Counted from the stretch's first letter, positions 7,025 through 18,502 are shown. The stretch: 64,000 bases of DNA from Lachnospiraceae bacterium (GCA_963594555.1 CAVBEI010000001.1:68034-132033); one strand, 5' to 3'. Translations and numbers: made by a program. Notes: a model not told the origin generated them from the sequence alone.

Positions 7025-9148
7025 CTATTTCGGTTCAGCAGGAATAAACATACGCTTTTGCAGCACGTCCTCATCATAGGTATTTGCCGCGAGCGCTTCC
7101 TCGCAAAACTGTGTTTGTGAATTTACTTGTACCTTTCCTCGTTTGTCAGGCTTGACATATGTTCCATCTGCCTGCAACAGATGTGCCTTCACATTATCTA
7201 AAAGCTCCACTTCTAAAATATGACGAACCTCTTTTTGCAGCGCTTCATCTAATACCGGGAATATGATCTCTACACGGCGATCCAGATTACGAGGCATCCA
7301 GTCGGCACTACCCATGTAATATTCTTCGTTTCCATTGTTATAGAAATAGAAAATGCGGCTGTGCTCCAAGAAATTCCCGACGATCGAGCGCACGCGTATA
7401 TTCTCACTCACACCAGGAATGCCAACCCTTAGGCAGCATATCCCGCGCACGATAAGGTCGATTTGTACACCGGCAGCCGAAGCCTCATACAAGGCAGCTA
7501 TGATCTGTTGATCGCAAAGGGAATTCATCTTTGCCTTGATATGTGCTTCCTTTCCTGCTTTTGCATAATTTGTCTCACGGGCAATGAGCTTTAAAAATTT
7601 TTTGCGCATCCAGATCGGTGCAACAACCAGATGATTCCAGCTAAGAGGCTCGCTATAACCTGATAACATATTAAATACCGCGGTCGCGTCCTCTCCGATC
7701 GCCTCTGAGCAGGTGAAAATACCGCAGTCCGTATATAGCTTTGCCGTGGAATCGTTATAGTTTCCTGTTCCAAGATGCACATAACGGCAGATGCCGTTTT
7801 CTTCCTTTCGTACGACCAAGGCGATCTTGCTGTGCGTTTTTAGTCCTACCAGACCATAAATGACATGACAGCCGGCCTTTTCGAGCTTCCTTGCCCAGAC
7901 GATATTATTTTCCTCGTCAAAGCGCGCCTTTAATTCGACAAGCACTGTTACCTGCTTGCCATTTTCTGCTGCCTGGGCGAGCGATGCGATGATCGGTGAA
8001 TTGCCGCTCACTCGATACAGCGTCTGCTTGATCGCAAGGACCTGCGGATCAGCAGCAGCCTGTCTGATAAAATCAACCACCGGCTGAAAGCTCTGATATG
8101 GATGATGCAGCAGTATGTCTCCCTGTTTGATGGCGTCAAAAATATTATCAAAGCCATAAAGCTTTGGATTTTTTTGTGGCTGGTACGGTACGTAGCGCAG
8201 CGCATCCTTGCCCTCTAAGCCATATAGCTTCATCAAAAAGGTCAGATCAATCGGTCCGTTTAGCTTAAAGATATCCTCGTTTGCAACGTCAAGCTCTTTT
8301 TTTAGAATAGTAAGCAGCTCCTTATTGATAGAGCTCCCTACCTCTAAACGAATGACCTCTCCCCACTGTCTCTTCTTTAGCTGCTTTTCGATTTCCTTTA
8401 GAAGATCATTGGCCTCATCCTCATCAATTGGCAAATCTGCATTTCGCATAATCCTATATGGGCTGGTACATAATACTTGATAGTTTGAAAATAGTGCTCC
8501 GATGTTATGGATGATCAGCTGCTCTAATAGCAAAAATGCATATTCATCAGCAGAATCCGTCGGAAGCGGAATGAGCCGCGGCAGTACGGAAGGTACCTGT
8601 ACGGTTGCAAAAACATTTTCCTCCTCCTTTTGGATGAGTGCAGCGATATTTAAGGATTTGTTGCGAATAAGCGGGAAGGGTCTCGAGGCATCTACCGCCA
8701 TAGGAGTTAACACCGGATAGACAATCTCCTCAAAATACTGCTGTGCTGCGACATATTGCATATCATTTAAAGCATCCATCGTCTCATAGATATAGATTCC
8801 CTGTGCCTTTAATTGAGGCAAGGCAGAGCGGTTATAGGTCGAATATTGCTGCTCTACGAGCTGGCGCGTCTCTCGATTGATCGCCTCGAGCTGCTCAGTG
8901 GCAGTCAAGCCGGCGAGATCTCTCTTTTTGTATTTGGCATGTACCATATCCTTTAAGGATGCGACACGCACCATGAAAAATTCATCTAAATTGGATGAGG
9001 TAATGCTGATAAATTTGATTCGCTCTAAAAGAGGGATCGATTTGTCACGGGATTCGCTTAACACACGCTGATTAAATTTAAGCCAGCTTAGTTCACGATT
9101 CTCAAAATATTCTTCATTTGCATAATTGATGCTTTTTTCTTTGTCCAT
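7025..9148 (-). CDS. ppk: Polyphosphate kinase 1
   Basis: 707 aa with PPK1 architecture. Contains NLDEFFMVRV, the phospho-His region GLKTHSKIALVVR and C-terminal PLD-like domains (FLEHSRIFYF). An AAGGAGGAAG RBS is present. Confidence 0.93.
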   Translation of the reverse strand: MDKEKSINYANEEYFENRELSWLKFNQRVLSESRDKSIPLLERIKFISITSSNLDEFFMVRVASLKDMVHAKYKKRDLAGLTATEQLEAINRETRQLVEQQYSTYNRSALPQLKAQGIYIYETMDALNDMQYVAAQQYFEEIVYPVLTPMAVDASRPFPLIRNKSLNIAALIQKEEENVFATVQVPSVLPRLIPLPTDSADEYAFLLLEQLIIHNIGALFSNYQVLCTSPYRIMRNADLPIDEDEANDLLKEIEKQLKKRQWGEVIRLEVGSSINKELLTILKKELDVANEDIFKLNGPIDLTFLMKLYGLEGKDALRYVPYQPQKNPKLYGFDNIFDAIKQGDILLHHPYQSFQPVVDFIRQAAADPQVLAIKQTLYRVSGNSPIIASLAQAAENGKQVTVLVELKARFDEENNIVWARKLEKAGCHVIYGLVGLKTHSKIALVVRKEENGICRYVHLGTGNYNDSTAKLYTDCGIFTCSEAIGEDATAVFNMLSGYSEPLSWNHLVVAPIWMRKKFLKLIARETNYAKAGKEAHIKAKMNSLCDQQIIAALYEASAAGVQIDLIVRGICCLRVGIPGVSENIRVRSIVGNFLEHSRIFYFYNNGNEEYYMGSADWMPRNLDRRVEIIFPVLDEALQKEVRHILEVELLDNVKAHLLQADGTYVKPDKRGKVQVNSQTQFCEEALAANTYDEDVLQKRMFIPAEPK

Positions 9149-9192
9149 ACTTCCTCCTTACGGATATTTAGCCGGTTATGCAGTTGTATTGT

Positions 9193-10737
9193 TTACTCCG
9201 AAACATCAAAGATTCTTTTTTCCTTTACAACCGGACGGATACTAAATACATCCTCAAACATGCAAGCCTTTGTATCAAACATCGTTCGTTCAAGCATCAG
9301 TCCATCTGCCGTCTCAACAGCAATCACAAGCTGCTTTCCCTTTAACGTGACACGAACATTTTTAAATTTTTGCTTGTGGCTGCGATCCATTGCATTTGCC
9401 ACACGCAATATCGCTGCGCACTTTGCGACGATCAAATAGCTCTCCTTATCCAGCGCATCATCGAGCTGTTCATAGGGAACTAACGGATATGTATTGTATT
9501 TGACTATGCTGGCTACAATCACACGATCCTTGTGCGAGAGTCCTAAGATCTCTGATGCAAGGATAATATCATAGGCGCATTGCGGTGCATTGGCAAAGCT
9601 GATGTATTTTCCACAGTCATGCAGCAGCGCTGCTGTCTGCAGCAGCAGTCTCTCATGCTTTGACAGGCCATGGATCTTTTTCGTTGCATCATAGATTAAG
9701 GTACTCATCTCCGCTAACGCATCGATGTGCGGCGAATAGCTCATGTAACGCATCGATAGGGCATGCGCAGCCGATAGCACATCCTGATCAAAATCATGTG
9801 CCGGCTTTAGATATCGGTTACGCAGTGCATAATCATAGACGATTCCATCACTGATGTCGATGCCAGGTACCCATACAGAATCCGCCGAAAGTGCCTCAAT
9901 TATCCTGCGATATAAGATCACAGAGGCTGTCAACAGCCGGTCGGATTCGTTAGAGAGATTTAATTCCTCTGCAATCTGTTCATTGTCCATTTTTTCTAAG
10001 TGCTTTAGATATTTAGACAGCTTGGCGGCATCGACCGTGCAATTATCCAGATTTTTGTCCATGCAGTGCAACAGCTCACTACTGTAATCACCGGTTAGGA
10101 TCAGATATTTTATCGATCCTTTTTGGTGGTACTGTGCCTGAAAAACACTAAGCTCCTTATCGATGAGCTCCTTCATCTGTTTTCTGATATGCTCCGGCCG
10201 AAGTCTCTCGCCGGAAAACAGCTGCGTGAGTCGCATCGTGCCAAGCACGAGATGCTGTGTAGTCAAAACATCTCCATGCACAAACAGGGTGATTTGCAGC
10301 TCTCCGCCACCGACATTGACAAAGGCAGCCCGTTCTTCGATCATGCGATTGAATTCAGGCCTTGCGGTTGCGCATTGATAGGATAAAAAACGATGCTCGG
10401 AATTGCTCAAAAGCAGCAGGCGAAAACCGGTACGCTTCTGTATCTGATCGAGCACAAACAAATAATTTGCAGCCTGATAAAGAGCAGGACCTGCATAGGC
10501 CGCACAATCATCGACATGATAGGAATCGCATACCTTGCGAAAGGCAAGCAATCTCTCACACAAATCGTCCATTCGCTCGACACCGAGCTTTTTTCCGTAA
10601 AATGCATCGCGTCCGAGCTCTACGCGGCTTCGCAGAAAATCGATACATCGAACCTTCTTTTTTTCCGAAATCTCAAATAGCTTCAGGCTCACCTCATAGG
10701 AGCCGACATAAATGGCTGCAAAGGTTTTCACACTCAT
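9193..10737 (-). CDS. ppx: Ppx/GppA family exopolyphosphatase with C-terminal HD domain
   Basis: 514 aa. The N-terminus has an actin-like ASKHA fold pattern (AAIYVGSYEV..., VNVGGGELQ). The C-terminus has an HD motif, LLHDCGKYISF. It is adjacent to ppk. Confidence 0.85.
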   Translation of the reverse strand: MSVKTFAAIYVGSYEVSLKLFEISEKKKVRCIDFLRSRVELGRDAFYGKKLGVERMDDLCERLLAFRKVCDSYHVDDCAAYAGPALYQAANYLFVLDQIQKRTGFRLLLLSNSEHRFLSYQCATARPEFNRMIEERAAFVNVGGGELQITLFVHGDVLTTQHLVLGTMRLTQLFSGERLRPEHIRKQMKELIDKELSVFQAQYHQKGSIKYLILTGDYSSELLHCMDKNLDNCTVDAAKLSKYLKHLEKMDNEQIAEELNLSNESDRLLTASVILYRRIIEALSADSVWVPGIDISDGIVYDYALRNRYLKPAHDFDQDVLSAAHALSMRYMSYSPHIDALAEMSTLIYDATKKIHGLSKHERLLLQTAALLHDCGKYISFANAPQCAYDIILASEILGLSHKDRVIVASIVKYNTYPLVPYEQLDDALDKESYLIVAKCAAILRVANAMDRSHKQKFKNVRVTLKGKQLVIAVETADGLMLERTMFDTKACMFEDVFSIRPVVKEKRIFDVSE

Positions 10738-10752
10738 CGCTACCTCTCCTTT

Positions 10753-11883
10753 TTAATAATTACCAAACACCATGAAATCTGAGGCCTCTGCTGCAAGTCC
10801 CTTAAGTGCATTCTCTACGGCAGGATCCGTCAGATTCCCGTCAAAATCGATAAAAAACTGGTATTCCCAGCTGGCATCCGGAATCGGACGTGACTCGATA
10901 CTCGTCAGATTCAAGCCATTAAATATAAAATGACTCAGGGCATGATATAGTGCACCGGATGCATGGGATAGCCTCACACAGATGCTGATCTTTCCGGCAC
11001 CTGCGATATATTCTTTTTTACGGCTTACAATGATAAAGCGTGTCGCATTGCTGCTGCTGTTTTGAATCTCTTCTTCTAGTATCTGAAGCCCATAAAGCTC
11101 ACTAGTCAGGCGACTGGCGATCGCAGCCTGAGAAGGATTGGCATCGTCACATACTTTTTTCGCTGCTACAGCTGTGTTTTTTTGTGAAATAATCTCAATC
11201 TGAGGATGCTTTTCCAAAAACAGGGTGCATTGTGATAATGCCTGCGGATGGGAATAGATCGTCTTTATATCGGAAAGAGCGGCACCGGGCAGGGCAAGCA
11301 GGCAATGATTGATCGGTATTGTTATCTCGCCGATGATGCAAAAGCCATATTCTCTCAGCAGATCATAGTTTTCTGCCACAATGCCTGCCGTGGAATTTTC
11401 AAAGGGAAGCACGGCAAAATCTGCCTGTCCCTCTTTTATCGCTTCCATCGCATCCCGCCAGGTCGGAACATGAAAATGTGCCTGATTTTTGCCAAAATAT
11501 GACAGCAGTGCCAGATGCGCATAGGCGCCCTCTACACCCTGGTATACTACACGGATATGATCGGTATCTAATTTTTCTATCTGCTTAAACCCAAAATCAA
11601 AGGGCTCTTCCTTTTCTGCGAGCAGCTGATATTGTTTTTTTCGGCTTGTCGCCATAATCTGCTCAAAAAGCTCTCGTACACCGACCTTTAAAAACGGAGT
11701 ATCGACTAAAGCCATCAGCGCCTCTAGTTTACTCCTTTCTCTCTCCTTGTCAAGCACCGCCTTGCCGGTGGCTATCTTGTATTCTGCGACCTTGGTCGTC
11801 AGCTGCATTCTTTTTTCATAAAGCGCGACCATCTGCTCATCAATCGCATCAATGTCTGTTCGAATCTCTGATAAATCCTTCAT
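10753..11883 (-). CDS. pheA: Bifunctional chorismate mutase / prephenate dehydratase
   Basis: 376 aa. The N-terminus is a CM type II domain (IDAIDEQMVALYEKRMQL). The PDT core carries NATRFIIVS and LTSIESRPI motifs, followed by an ACT domain. Confidence 0.88.
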   Translation of the reverse strand: MKDLSEIRTDIDAIDEQMVALYEKRMQLTTKVAEYKIATGKAVLDKERERSKLEALMALVDTPFLKVGVRELFEQIMATSRKKQYQLLAEKEEPFDFGFKQIEKLDTDHIRVVYQGVEGAYAHLALLSYFGKNQAHFHVPTWRDAMEAIKEGQADFAVLPFENSTAGIVAENYDLLREYGFCIIGEITIPINHCLLALPGAALSDIKTIYSHPQALSQCTLFLEKHPQIEIISQKNTAVAAKKVCDDANPSQAAIASRLTSELYGLQILEEEIQNSSSNATRFIIVSRKKEYIAGAGKISICVRLSHASGALYHALSHFIFNGLNLTSIESRPIPDASWEYQFFIDFDGNLTDPAVENALKGLAAEASDFMVFGNY

Positions 11884-11901
11884 GCTTTGTCCGTCCTTGT
11901 G

Positions 11902-14900
11902 TCATACCAGATCAAACAGGCTGATCTGATTTGTGGCAGGCAGATCGCCAAACATACCCATATCTGCCATGTTTTCTATGATTTTTTGTGATACCTTCGT
12001 GCGCTGCCTGAAATCATCGCGTGATAGAAACGGTCCGTCCTTTGCAGCTTCTACTACTGTATCAGCAGCCGTATCACCCATGCCGTCGATCGTATTTAAG
12101 GCAGCCATGAGCTTACCGTCGATGATCTGAAAATATCTGGCACTTGCCCTGTAAATGTCAATCGGCATAAATTCAAAGCCTCTGGCATACATCTCCTGCA
12201 CGATACGCATATCACGATAGCTATCCTGCTCAACCGGTGAGAGCTTTTTATTTTCCTTTGCCGCCTCAGCGCTGCGCCGCTCATAATCCTGCATATAGTA
12301 ATTTAATCGCTCCTTGCCCATACACATCGTTTCGTAGTTAAAGGCCTTTGCGCGTATGGAGAAAAATGCCGCATAGTAGGCGAGCGGGTAAAACACCTTG
12401 CAGTAGGCGATGCGCCAGGCCATCATAACATAGGCTACCGCATGCGCCTTCGGGAACATATATTTGATCTTTTCACAGGACCAGATATACCAATCCGGTA
12501 CATTATGATCGAGCATATCCTGCTTCCATTCAGGCCATTTGTCACATTTTCCCTTTGCGACCATGCCCTTTCTAACTGCCTCCATGATCTTGAAGGATTC
12601 CTCTGATTCTACTCCCATACCTATTAGATAGGTCATGATATCATCACGCGTACAGATACAGGTAGAGATGGTTGCCTTTCCCTCCTTTATAAGCGTCTGT
12701 GCATTACCAAGCCATACATCTGTACCGTGGGATAGTCCGGCTATACGCACCAGATCGGAAAATTCCTTTGGCTGTGTATCGATGAGCATGCCCATGGCAA
12801 AATCCGTGCCAAACTCCGGAATACCAAGTGCACCGAGCGGACAGCCACCGATATCCTCCGGTGTTATCCCTAGTGCACTCGTATTTTGAAACAATGACAT
12901 CACGCTCTGATCATCGAGTGGTATCTTTTGCGCATCGATGCCTGTCAGATCCTCTAGCATACGAATCATCGTCGGATCATCGTGCCCTAATATATCCAGC
13001 TTTAACAGGTTATGATCGATCGAATGATACTCAAAATGTGTCGTGATCGTATCGGTCGTCATATCATTGGCAGGATGCTGTATCGGTGTAAAGGAATTGA
13101 TCTCATCTCCTACCGGCAATACAACGATGCCTCCCGGGTGCTGACCGGTCGTTCGTCTGACACCGACACAACCGGATAGGATACGCTCGATCTCACAGCT
13201 TCGCTTGTGCTCGCCGCGCTCTTCAAAATATTTTTTTACATAGCCATAAGCAGTTTTTTCTGCCAGCGTACCGATCGTTCCGGCACGAAACGTCTGTCCG
13301 GCTCCAAAAATAACCTCTGTGTATTTGTGCGCCTTGCTCTGGTAATCACCGGAAAAATTCAGATCGATATCAGGCTCTTTATCTCCCTTAAAGCCAAGGA
13401 AGGTCTCAAAGGGAATATCAAAGCCGTCTTTTTCAAGCTTTTCTCCGCAATTCGGGCAGATGCGATCCGGCATATCACATCCTCCGCGTCCTGCATATTC
13501 CTTCACCTGCGGGGAAGTAAAATCTGAAAAATGACATTTTTTACAATAATAGTGCGGGCTTAATGGATTGACCTCTGTGATACCGGACATCGTTGCCACA
13601 AAGGAGGAACCGACAGATCCACGGGAGCCTACCAGATAACCGTCCTCATTAGACTTCCAAACGAGCTTTTGCGCGATAATATACATGACGGCATAGCCGT
13701 TTCCTATGATGGAATTAAGCTCACGCTCTAGCCGGCTTGATACTATATCAGGTAGATTTGGCCCATAAATTTCGTGTGCTTTGTTGTAGCAGATGTCACG
13801 CAGCATTTGATCTGAATTTTCTATGACAGGAGGACATTTATCCGGACGTACCGGAGAGATCCTCTCACACATATCAGCGATTTTATTTGTATTGGTAATG
13901 ACTACCTCTTCAGCCTTTTCACTGCCGAGATACTGAAATTCTGAGAGCATCTCCTCTGTCGTCCGATAATAAAGAGGTGCCTGCTCATCTGCATCCGAAA
14001 AGCCCTTTCCTGCCATGATAATGCGCCGGTAGATCTCATCCTCCGGATTTAAAAAATGTACATCGCACGTCGCTACGACGAGCTTTTTAAAATCCTCACC
14101 CAGCTGAACGATCTGCCTGTTTAGATCCTCTAAATCCTCCACACAATTAACCGGACTTTTCTCATCCCGCAGCATGAAAGCATTGTTTCCGATGGGCTGA
14201 ATCTCTAAATAGTCGTAAAAATCCACGATTCTGGCGATTTCCTCTGCTCCTCTGCCGTTTAAAAGCGCCTGATAGAGCTCTCCTGCCTCGCATGCACTGC
14301 CAAGCAGCAGACCCTCGCGGTATTTTTGCAGCTCGCTTTTTGGAATACGTGGTCTGTTGTGATAGTAGATCAAATGCGACATGGAAACCAAACGGTATAA
14401 ATTCACGCGTCCGATGTCATTTTTCGCCAATAAAATGGCATGATATGTAGGCATCTTGCAGATTGCTGCAGCATCCGCAATGCCTGCCTCATTTAACGCA
14501 GCAAGAGAATCGATATGTCTATTATGCAGCATATCGATAAATTTAACAAAAATATCTGCCGTGCAGGCGGCATCATCAACAGCACGATGATGATGATCGA
14601 GTGATACACCAACTGCCTTTGCTACGCTATCGAGCTTATAACGATTCAGCTGCGGCAGCAGGAAACGAGCTAAGGCAACCGTATCAATTACGGTAAAATT
14701 GCAAGGTAGTCCAATATCTTCACAGTTTTTTTGTATGAAGCTCATGTCAAATTCTGCGTTGTGTGCAACTAAAACGGCATCCTTGCAAAATTCCATAAAT
14801 TCCGGTAATACTTCTTCTATACCAGGAGCAGGAAGCACCATATCATCGCGAATGCCTGTAAGCTCCTCGATCTGGAAGGGAATTGGTACCTTAGGATTAA

Positions 14901-16398
14901 CAAAGGTAGAAAAGCGCTCTGTAATGGCACCACGCACTACCTTAACCGCACCGATCTCAATGATCTTATTTTTTTTAGGGCTAAAGCCTGTAGTCTCCAG
15001 ATCAAATACGACAAAGGTACCGGTGAAATCCTGACATGTCGCATGCTTAACGATTTGCTTGGTATCATCTACCAGATATGCTTCTACGCCATAGATTAGC
15101 TTTAAATCGGCATCCTTTGGTAAATCGTGATTGGCAACAGGAAAGGCCTGAACGGCGCCGTGGTCTGTGATAGCCAGACTTTTATGTCCAAAGGCGATGG
15201 CCTGCTGCATGATATCCTTTACATCGGAGACACCATCCATATCACTCATCTTTGTATGGCAGTGAAGCTCTACTCGTTTTTTTACGGAATGATCCATTCG
15301 TTTTGTCGTAAAATCCGGTATTTTTTTGATGCCTGTGATGGAGGCGACAGTCAGCTCATGATCAAATTTATCGAGCATGGCGATGCCCTTTAGCTTGATA
15401 AAGCTGCCTACCTTTAGCTTGCTTTTTAAATCCGCAAGCTCTTCATTTTTTGTAAAAAGCTTTACAACCAGTGAATCTGTAAAATCTGTGATCGTAAGAA
15501 AAAGAATTGTTTTTTCGCCGCGGATCTCTCGCTCATCTGTCGAGGTGATCTTGCCGCGAATCACGACATCTCCGATCTCCCCTTGAATCTTTGCGATAGG
15601 TAGGGACTCTGTATCTTCAAAATCTCGTCCGTAAAAGACATCCGGATTGTCGGATTTTTTCTCGAAGAATCGTTTCTTTTTTTGATCTTCTACAATCGTT
15701 TTTTTCGGTTGTGCTTTCTTGCTTTCCTGCTTTTCTTCTTTTTTTTGTTTTTCTGTATTTTCCGTATCATCCTTTGGCATAGTAAGAAGTGTAGAATCGT
15801 CCTCTCCTGCCTCACGGGAGACTATGCCCTGTGAAATACTTTGCACCGTAAGTGCGATCTTTTGATCTGCTTCCTCCATAAAACCTGTCTGCTGCTTTGG
15901 CTTGTAGGAAAGCTCGATGATAAGTGTCAGACCACAGCGATCACAAAAGATCCGTTCTAACAGATCAATAAGCTCTTCTCCACGATCTCTTGCAAGCATT
16001 GTATCGGGCAGCTGCACCATCAAATGCGTATCATCTGAAAAATCCAGCGTGGCAGAACGATAAAGACTGCATAAAATGGCAGAATAATGCTTTAATTCCA
16101 GACGAATGCTGTCCTCATAGACCGATAGCAGTGTTTTTGGTGTATACTGCGCAGAGAGCAGGTAGTGCTCTCTTATCTTAACCGTCAACTCCCTGCTCCC
16201 AAATATCTGTTTATGAATATCCTGCTCAAGTCCTAAAATATATTTTTTCGGAATCAATCGTGTTGAGGACAGATCGATCCGATATGTATCTCTCGCATGG
16301 TTTGTGCTGATCTTTTCAATCTGTGTATTGAAAAGCATTCCCCGAAGCTCTTCATCAATCTGAAGCGTCGGAAATACATCAAAAAATGCCTTTGCCAC
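11902..16398 (-). CDS. polC: DNA polymerase III, PolC-type (alpha subunit with proofreading exonuclease)
   Basis: 1498 aa. Contains a PHP motif (VELHCHTKMSDMDG), a DEDDh exonuclease insert (VVFDLETTGFSP ... HRAVDDA) and the pol III alpha core. The GTG start overlaps the ispG stop (TAGTG). Confidence 0.97.
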   Translation of the reverse strand: MAKAFFDVFPTLQIDEELRGMLFNTQIEKISTNHARDTYRIDLSSTRLIPKKYILGLEQDIHKQIFGSRELTVKIREHYLLSAQYTPKTLLSVYEDSIRLELKHYSAILCSLYRSATLDFSDDTHLMVQLPDTMLARDRGEELIDLLERIFCDRCGLTLIIELSYKPKQQTGFMEEADQKIALTVQSISQGIVSREAGEDDSTLLTMPKDDTENTEKQKKEEKQESKKAQPKKTIVEDQKKKRFFEKKSDNPDVFYGRDFEDTESLPIAKIQGEIGDVVIRGKITSTDEREIRGEKTILFLTITDFTDSLVVKLFTKNEELADLKSKLKVGSFIKLKGIAMLDKFDHELTVASITGIKKIPDFTTKRMDHSVKKRVELHCHTKMSDMDGVSDVKDIMQQAIAFGHKSLAITDHGAVQAFPVANHDLPKDADLKLIYGVEAYLVDDTKQIVKHATCQDFTGTFVVFDLETTGFSPKKNKIIEIGAVKVVRGAITERFSTFVNPKVPIPFQIEELTGIRDDMVLPAPGIEEVLPEFMEFCKDAVLVAHNAEFDMSFIQKNCEDIGLPCNFTVIDTVALARFLLPQLNRYKLDSVAKAVGVSLDHHHRAVDDAACTADIFVKFIDMLHNRHIDSLAALNEAGIADAAAICKMPTYHAILLAKNDIGRVNLYRLVSMSHLIYYHNRPRIPKSELQKYREGLLLGSACEAGELYQALLNGRGAEEIARIVDFYDYLEIQPIGNNAFMLRDEKSPVNCVEDLEDLNRQIVQLGEDFKKLVVATCDVHFLNPEDEIYRRIIMAGKGFSDADEQAPLYYRTTEEMLSEFQYLGSEKAEEVVITNTNKIADMCERISPVRPDKCPPVIENSDQMLRDICYNKAHEIYGPNLPDIVSSRLERELNSIIGNGYAVMYIIAQKLVWKSNEDGYLVGSRGSVGSSFVATMSGITEVNPLSPHYYCKKCHFSDFTSPQVKEYAGRGGCDMPDRICPNCGEKLEKDGFDIPFETFLGFKGDKEPDIDLNFSGDYQSKAHKYTEVIFGAGQTFRAGTIGTLAEKTAYGYVKKYFEERGEHKRSCEIERILSGCVGVRRTTGQHPGGIVVLPVGDEINSFTPIQHPANDMTTDTITTHFEYHSIDHNLLKLDILGHDDPTMIRMLEDLTGIDAQKIPLDDQSVMSLFQNTSALGITPEDIGGCPLGALGIPEFGTDFAMGMLIDTQPKEFSDLVRIAGLSHGTDVWLGNAQTLIKEGKATISTCICTRDDIMTYLIGMGVESEESFKIMEAVRKGMVAKGKCDKWPEWKQDMLDHNVPDWYIWSCEKIKYMFPKAHAVAYVMMAWRIAYCKVFYPLAYYAAFFSIRAKAFNYETMCMGKERLNYYMQDYERRSAEAAKENKKLSPVEQDSYRDMRIVQEMYARGFEFMPIDIYRASARYFQIIDGKLMAALNTIDGMGDTAADTVVEAAKDGPFLSRDDFRQRTKVSQKIIENMADMGMFGDLPATNQISLFDLV

Positions 16399-17453
16399 TA
16401 GTTTTCACCCCAATGCTCCAATTCATCCTGCAGTGCCTGTAATAGCTTATCCTCCGGCACCTTTTTAAGTATCTCTCCGTGTCGGATCAATAAGCCTTCA
16501 CCATTTCCACCTGCCACACCAAGATCTGCCTCTTTTGCTTCACCCGGTCCGTTTACGACACAGCCCATCACAGCTACCTTGATATCCAGTGGATAATTCT
16601 CTACGAGTTGTTCGACCTTTTCTGCCAGCGAGATCAGATCAATCTGCGTGCGTCCGCACGTCGGACAGGATACTACCTCGATACCGCCCTTTCGCAGTCC
16701 GAGTGTTTTCAGTATCATCCGTGCACATTTGATCTCATCAAGCGGCGCACCGGTTAGGGAAACACGAATCGTATCTCCGATGCCCTGCGATAAAATAAGT
16801 CCCAGGCCAATCGATGATTTTACGGTTCCGCGAAGCAGAGTTCCTGCCTCTGTGATGCCGACATGAAGCGGATGATCTGTTTGCTTTGCTATAAGCTCAT
16901 GGGCGCGGACACACATCAATACATCCGAGGATTTGATGCTGATCACCAGATTGTCGTAATCTAAGGCTTCGATCAGCGCTACCTTATCAAGGGCACTCTC
17001 CACAAGTCCCTCCGGTGTCACTCCGCCATATTTTTCCAGGATCGGCTTTTCTAAAGAGCCGCTGTTTACACCGACACGAATCGGAATATTCCTATCTCTT
17101 GCACAGTCAACGACTGCACGGATGCGATCTTTATCTCCGATGTTTCCGGGATTTATGCGAATCTTATCCGCACCATGCTCCATGGCGGCGATCGCTAAGC
17201 GATAATCAAAATGAATATCTGCTACAAGCGGAATATGAATGCTTTTTTTGATTTCGGAAAGTGCCTCTGCCGCCTCCATATTCATGACTGCACAGCGAAT
17301 GATCTCACAGCCTGCTCTCTCCAGCTCTAAAATCTGTGCTACCGTGTCGGCTACGTTTTGTGTTTTTGTATTTGTCATTGACTGAATCAGGATCGGATGC
17401 TCTCCTCCGATGAAGCGATCACCGATCTGTACGGTTTTTGTATGCATACGCAT
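16398..17453 (-). CDS. ispG: 4-hydroxy-3-methylbut-2-en-1-yl diphosphate synthase (IspG/GcpE)
   Basis: 351 aa. GcpE pattern with Fe-S cysteines (VSCPTCGRT, GCVVNGPGE). Confidence 0.93.
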   Translation of the reverse strand: MRMHTKTVQIGDRFIGGEHPILIQSMTNTKTQNVADTVAQILELERAGCEIIRCAVMNMEAAEALSEIKKSIHIPLVADIHFDYRLAIAAMEHGADKIRINPGNIGDKDRIRAVVDCARDRNIPIRVGVNSGSLEKPILEKYGGVTPEGLVESALDKVALIEALDYDNLVISIKSSDVLMCVRAHELIAKQTDHPLHVGITEAGTLLRGTVKSSIGLGLILSQGIGDTIRVSLTGAPLDEIKCARMILKTLGLRKGGIEVVSCPTCGRTQIDLISLAEKVEQLVENYPLDIKVAVMGCVVNGPGEAKEADLGVAGGNGEGLLIRHGEILKKVPEDKLLQALQDELEHWGEN

Positions 17454-17467
17454 TGTATTACCTCGTT

Positions 17468-18502
17468 TTAAATGAATAGTTTTCTTATGTCATTTCCCAT
17501 AATAAGTACCATAAGTACAAGCAGCACGATCAGACCGATAAAATGCACCATGCCCTCCTTTTGCGGATCGAATCGCTTGCCGCGGATCGCTTCTATGATG
17601 AAAAATACCAGCCTGCCTCCGTCTAATGCAGGAAGCGGCAAGAGATTCATCACACCAAGATTGGCTGATAGTAAAATCGCCATATTCAGCATATTTAAAA
17701 ATACATAATAAAAACCGTCAGCCTTGCTCTGCGTATAGGTATCTCCGATGGATTTTACTATACCTACAGGGCCTGAGAGATCATTCATATTCAGCTGTCC
17801 GGTTACAAGCTTTCCGAGACTTTGTACGGTCGTTGAAATCCAGTAGCCCACCTCGTAAAAGCTGTAGCGCAGCACACGAAGGGGACCTGTTTTTATACGA
17901 CCGACACTGCCCTGAAAGCCAATCAGATTGCGTCCGCTCTCCTCATCATAGGTAGGGCATATGGTCGCTTTTTTTTGCTCGCCGTCATGCTCCCAGGTCA
18001 CTTCTATCGTTTCATTTTCATGGAAATAGGTATAGATACTGATTTCACGATAAAAATGAATCGATTTGTGATTCAGCTTTAATATGGTATCACCGTCTTT
18101 AATGCCGGCAGCTTCTGCAGCAGAGTTTTCCATAACATGAGCGACAATCGGTTCATCGATGCCTGCCGCACCTAGTATAATGATAGAAAATACCCATGCC
18201 AGAATAAAATTAAAAAATGGTCCTGCAAAAACGATTGAAAACCTCTGCCATACACTTTTCTTGCCAAAGGCTCTCGTGGAAGTACTCTCATCATCCTCGC
18301 CCTCCATCATGCAGGCACCTCCAAAGGGCAACAGCTTAAGCGAATAAAACGTCTCGCCCTTATGAAAGCCTATGATCGTAGGACCCAGTCCAAGGCAAAA
18401 TTCATTGACCTGTACATCATTTGCCTTTGCAAACAGAAAATGTCCCAGCTCATGGAATAAAATGATCAAACTAAATAAAATAATTGCAATGATAATATTC
18501 AA
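17468..18502 (-). CDS. rseP: RIP site-2 metalloprotease RseP/YluC (M50 family)
   Basis: 344 aa. An HELGH zinc motif lies in the first TM. There is a central PDZ-like segment and a C-terminal NLLPLPALDGG. The start is TTG, 1 nt after the dxr stop. Confidence 0.9.
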   Translation of the reverse strand: MNIIIAIILFSLIILFHELGHFLFAKANDVQVNEFCLGLGPTIIGFHKGETFYSLKLLPFGGACMMEGEDDESTSTRAFGKKSVWQRFSIVFAGPFFNFILAWVFSIIILGAAGIDEPIVAHVMENSAAEAAGIKDGDTILKLNHKSIHFYREISIYTYFHENETIEVTWEHDGEQKKATICPTYDEESGRNLIGFQGSVGRIKTGPLRVLRYSFYEVGYWISTTVQSLGKLVTGQLNMNDLSGPVGIVKSIGDTYTQSKADGFYYVFLNMLNMAILLSANLGVMNLLPLPALDGGRLVFFIIEAIRGKRFDPQKEGMVHFIGLIVLLVLMVLIMGNDIRKLFI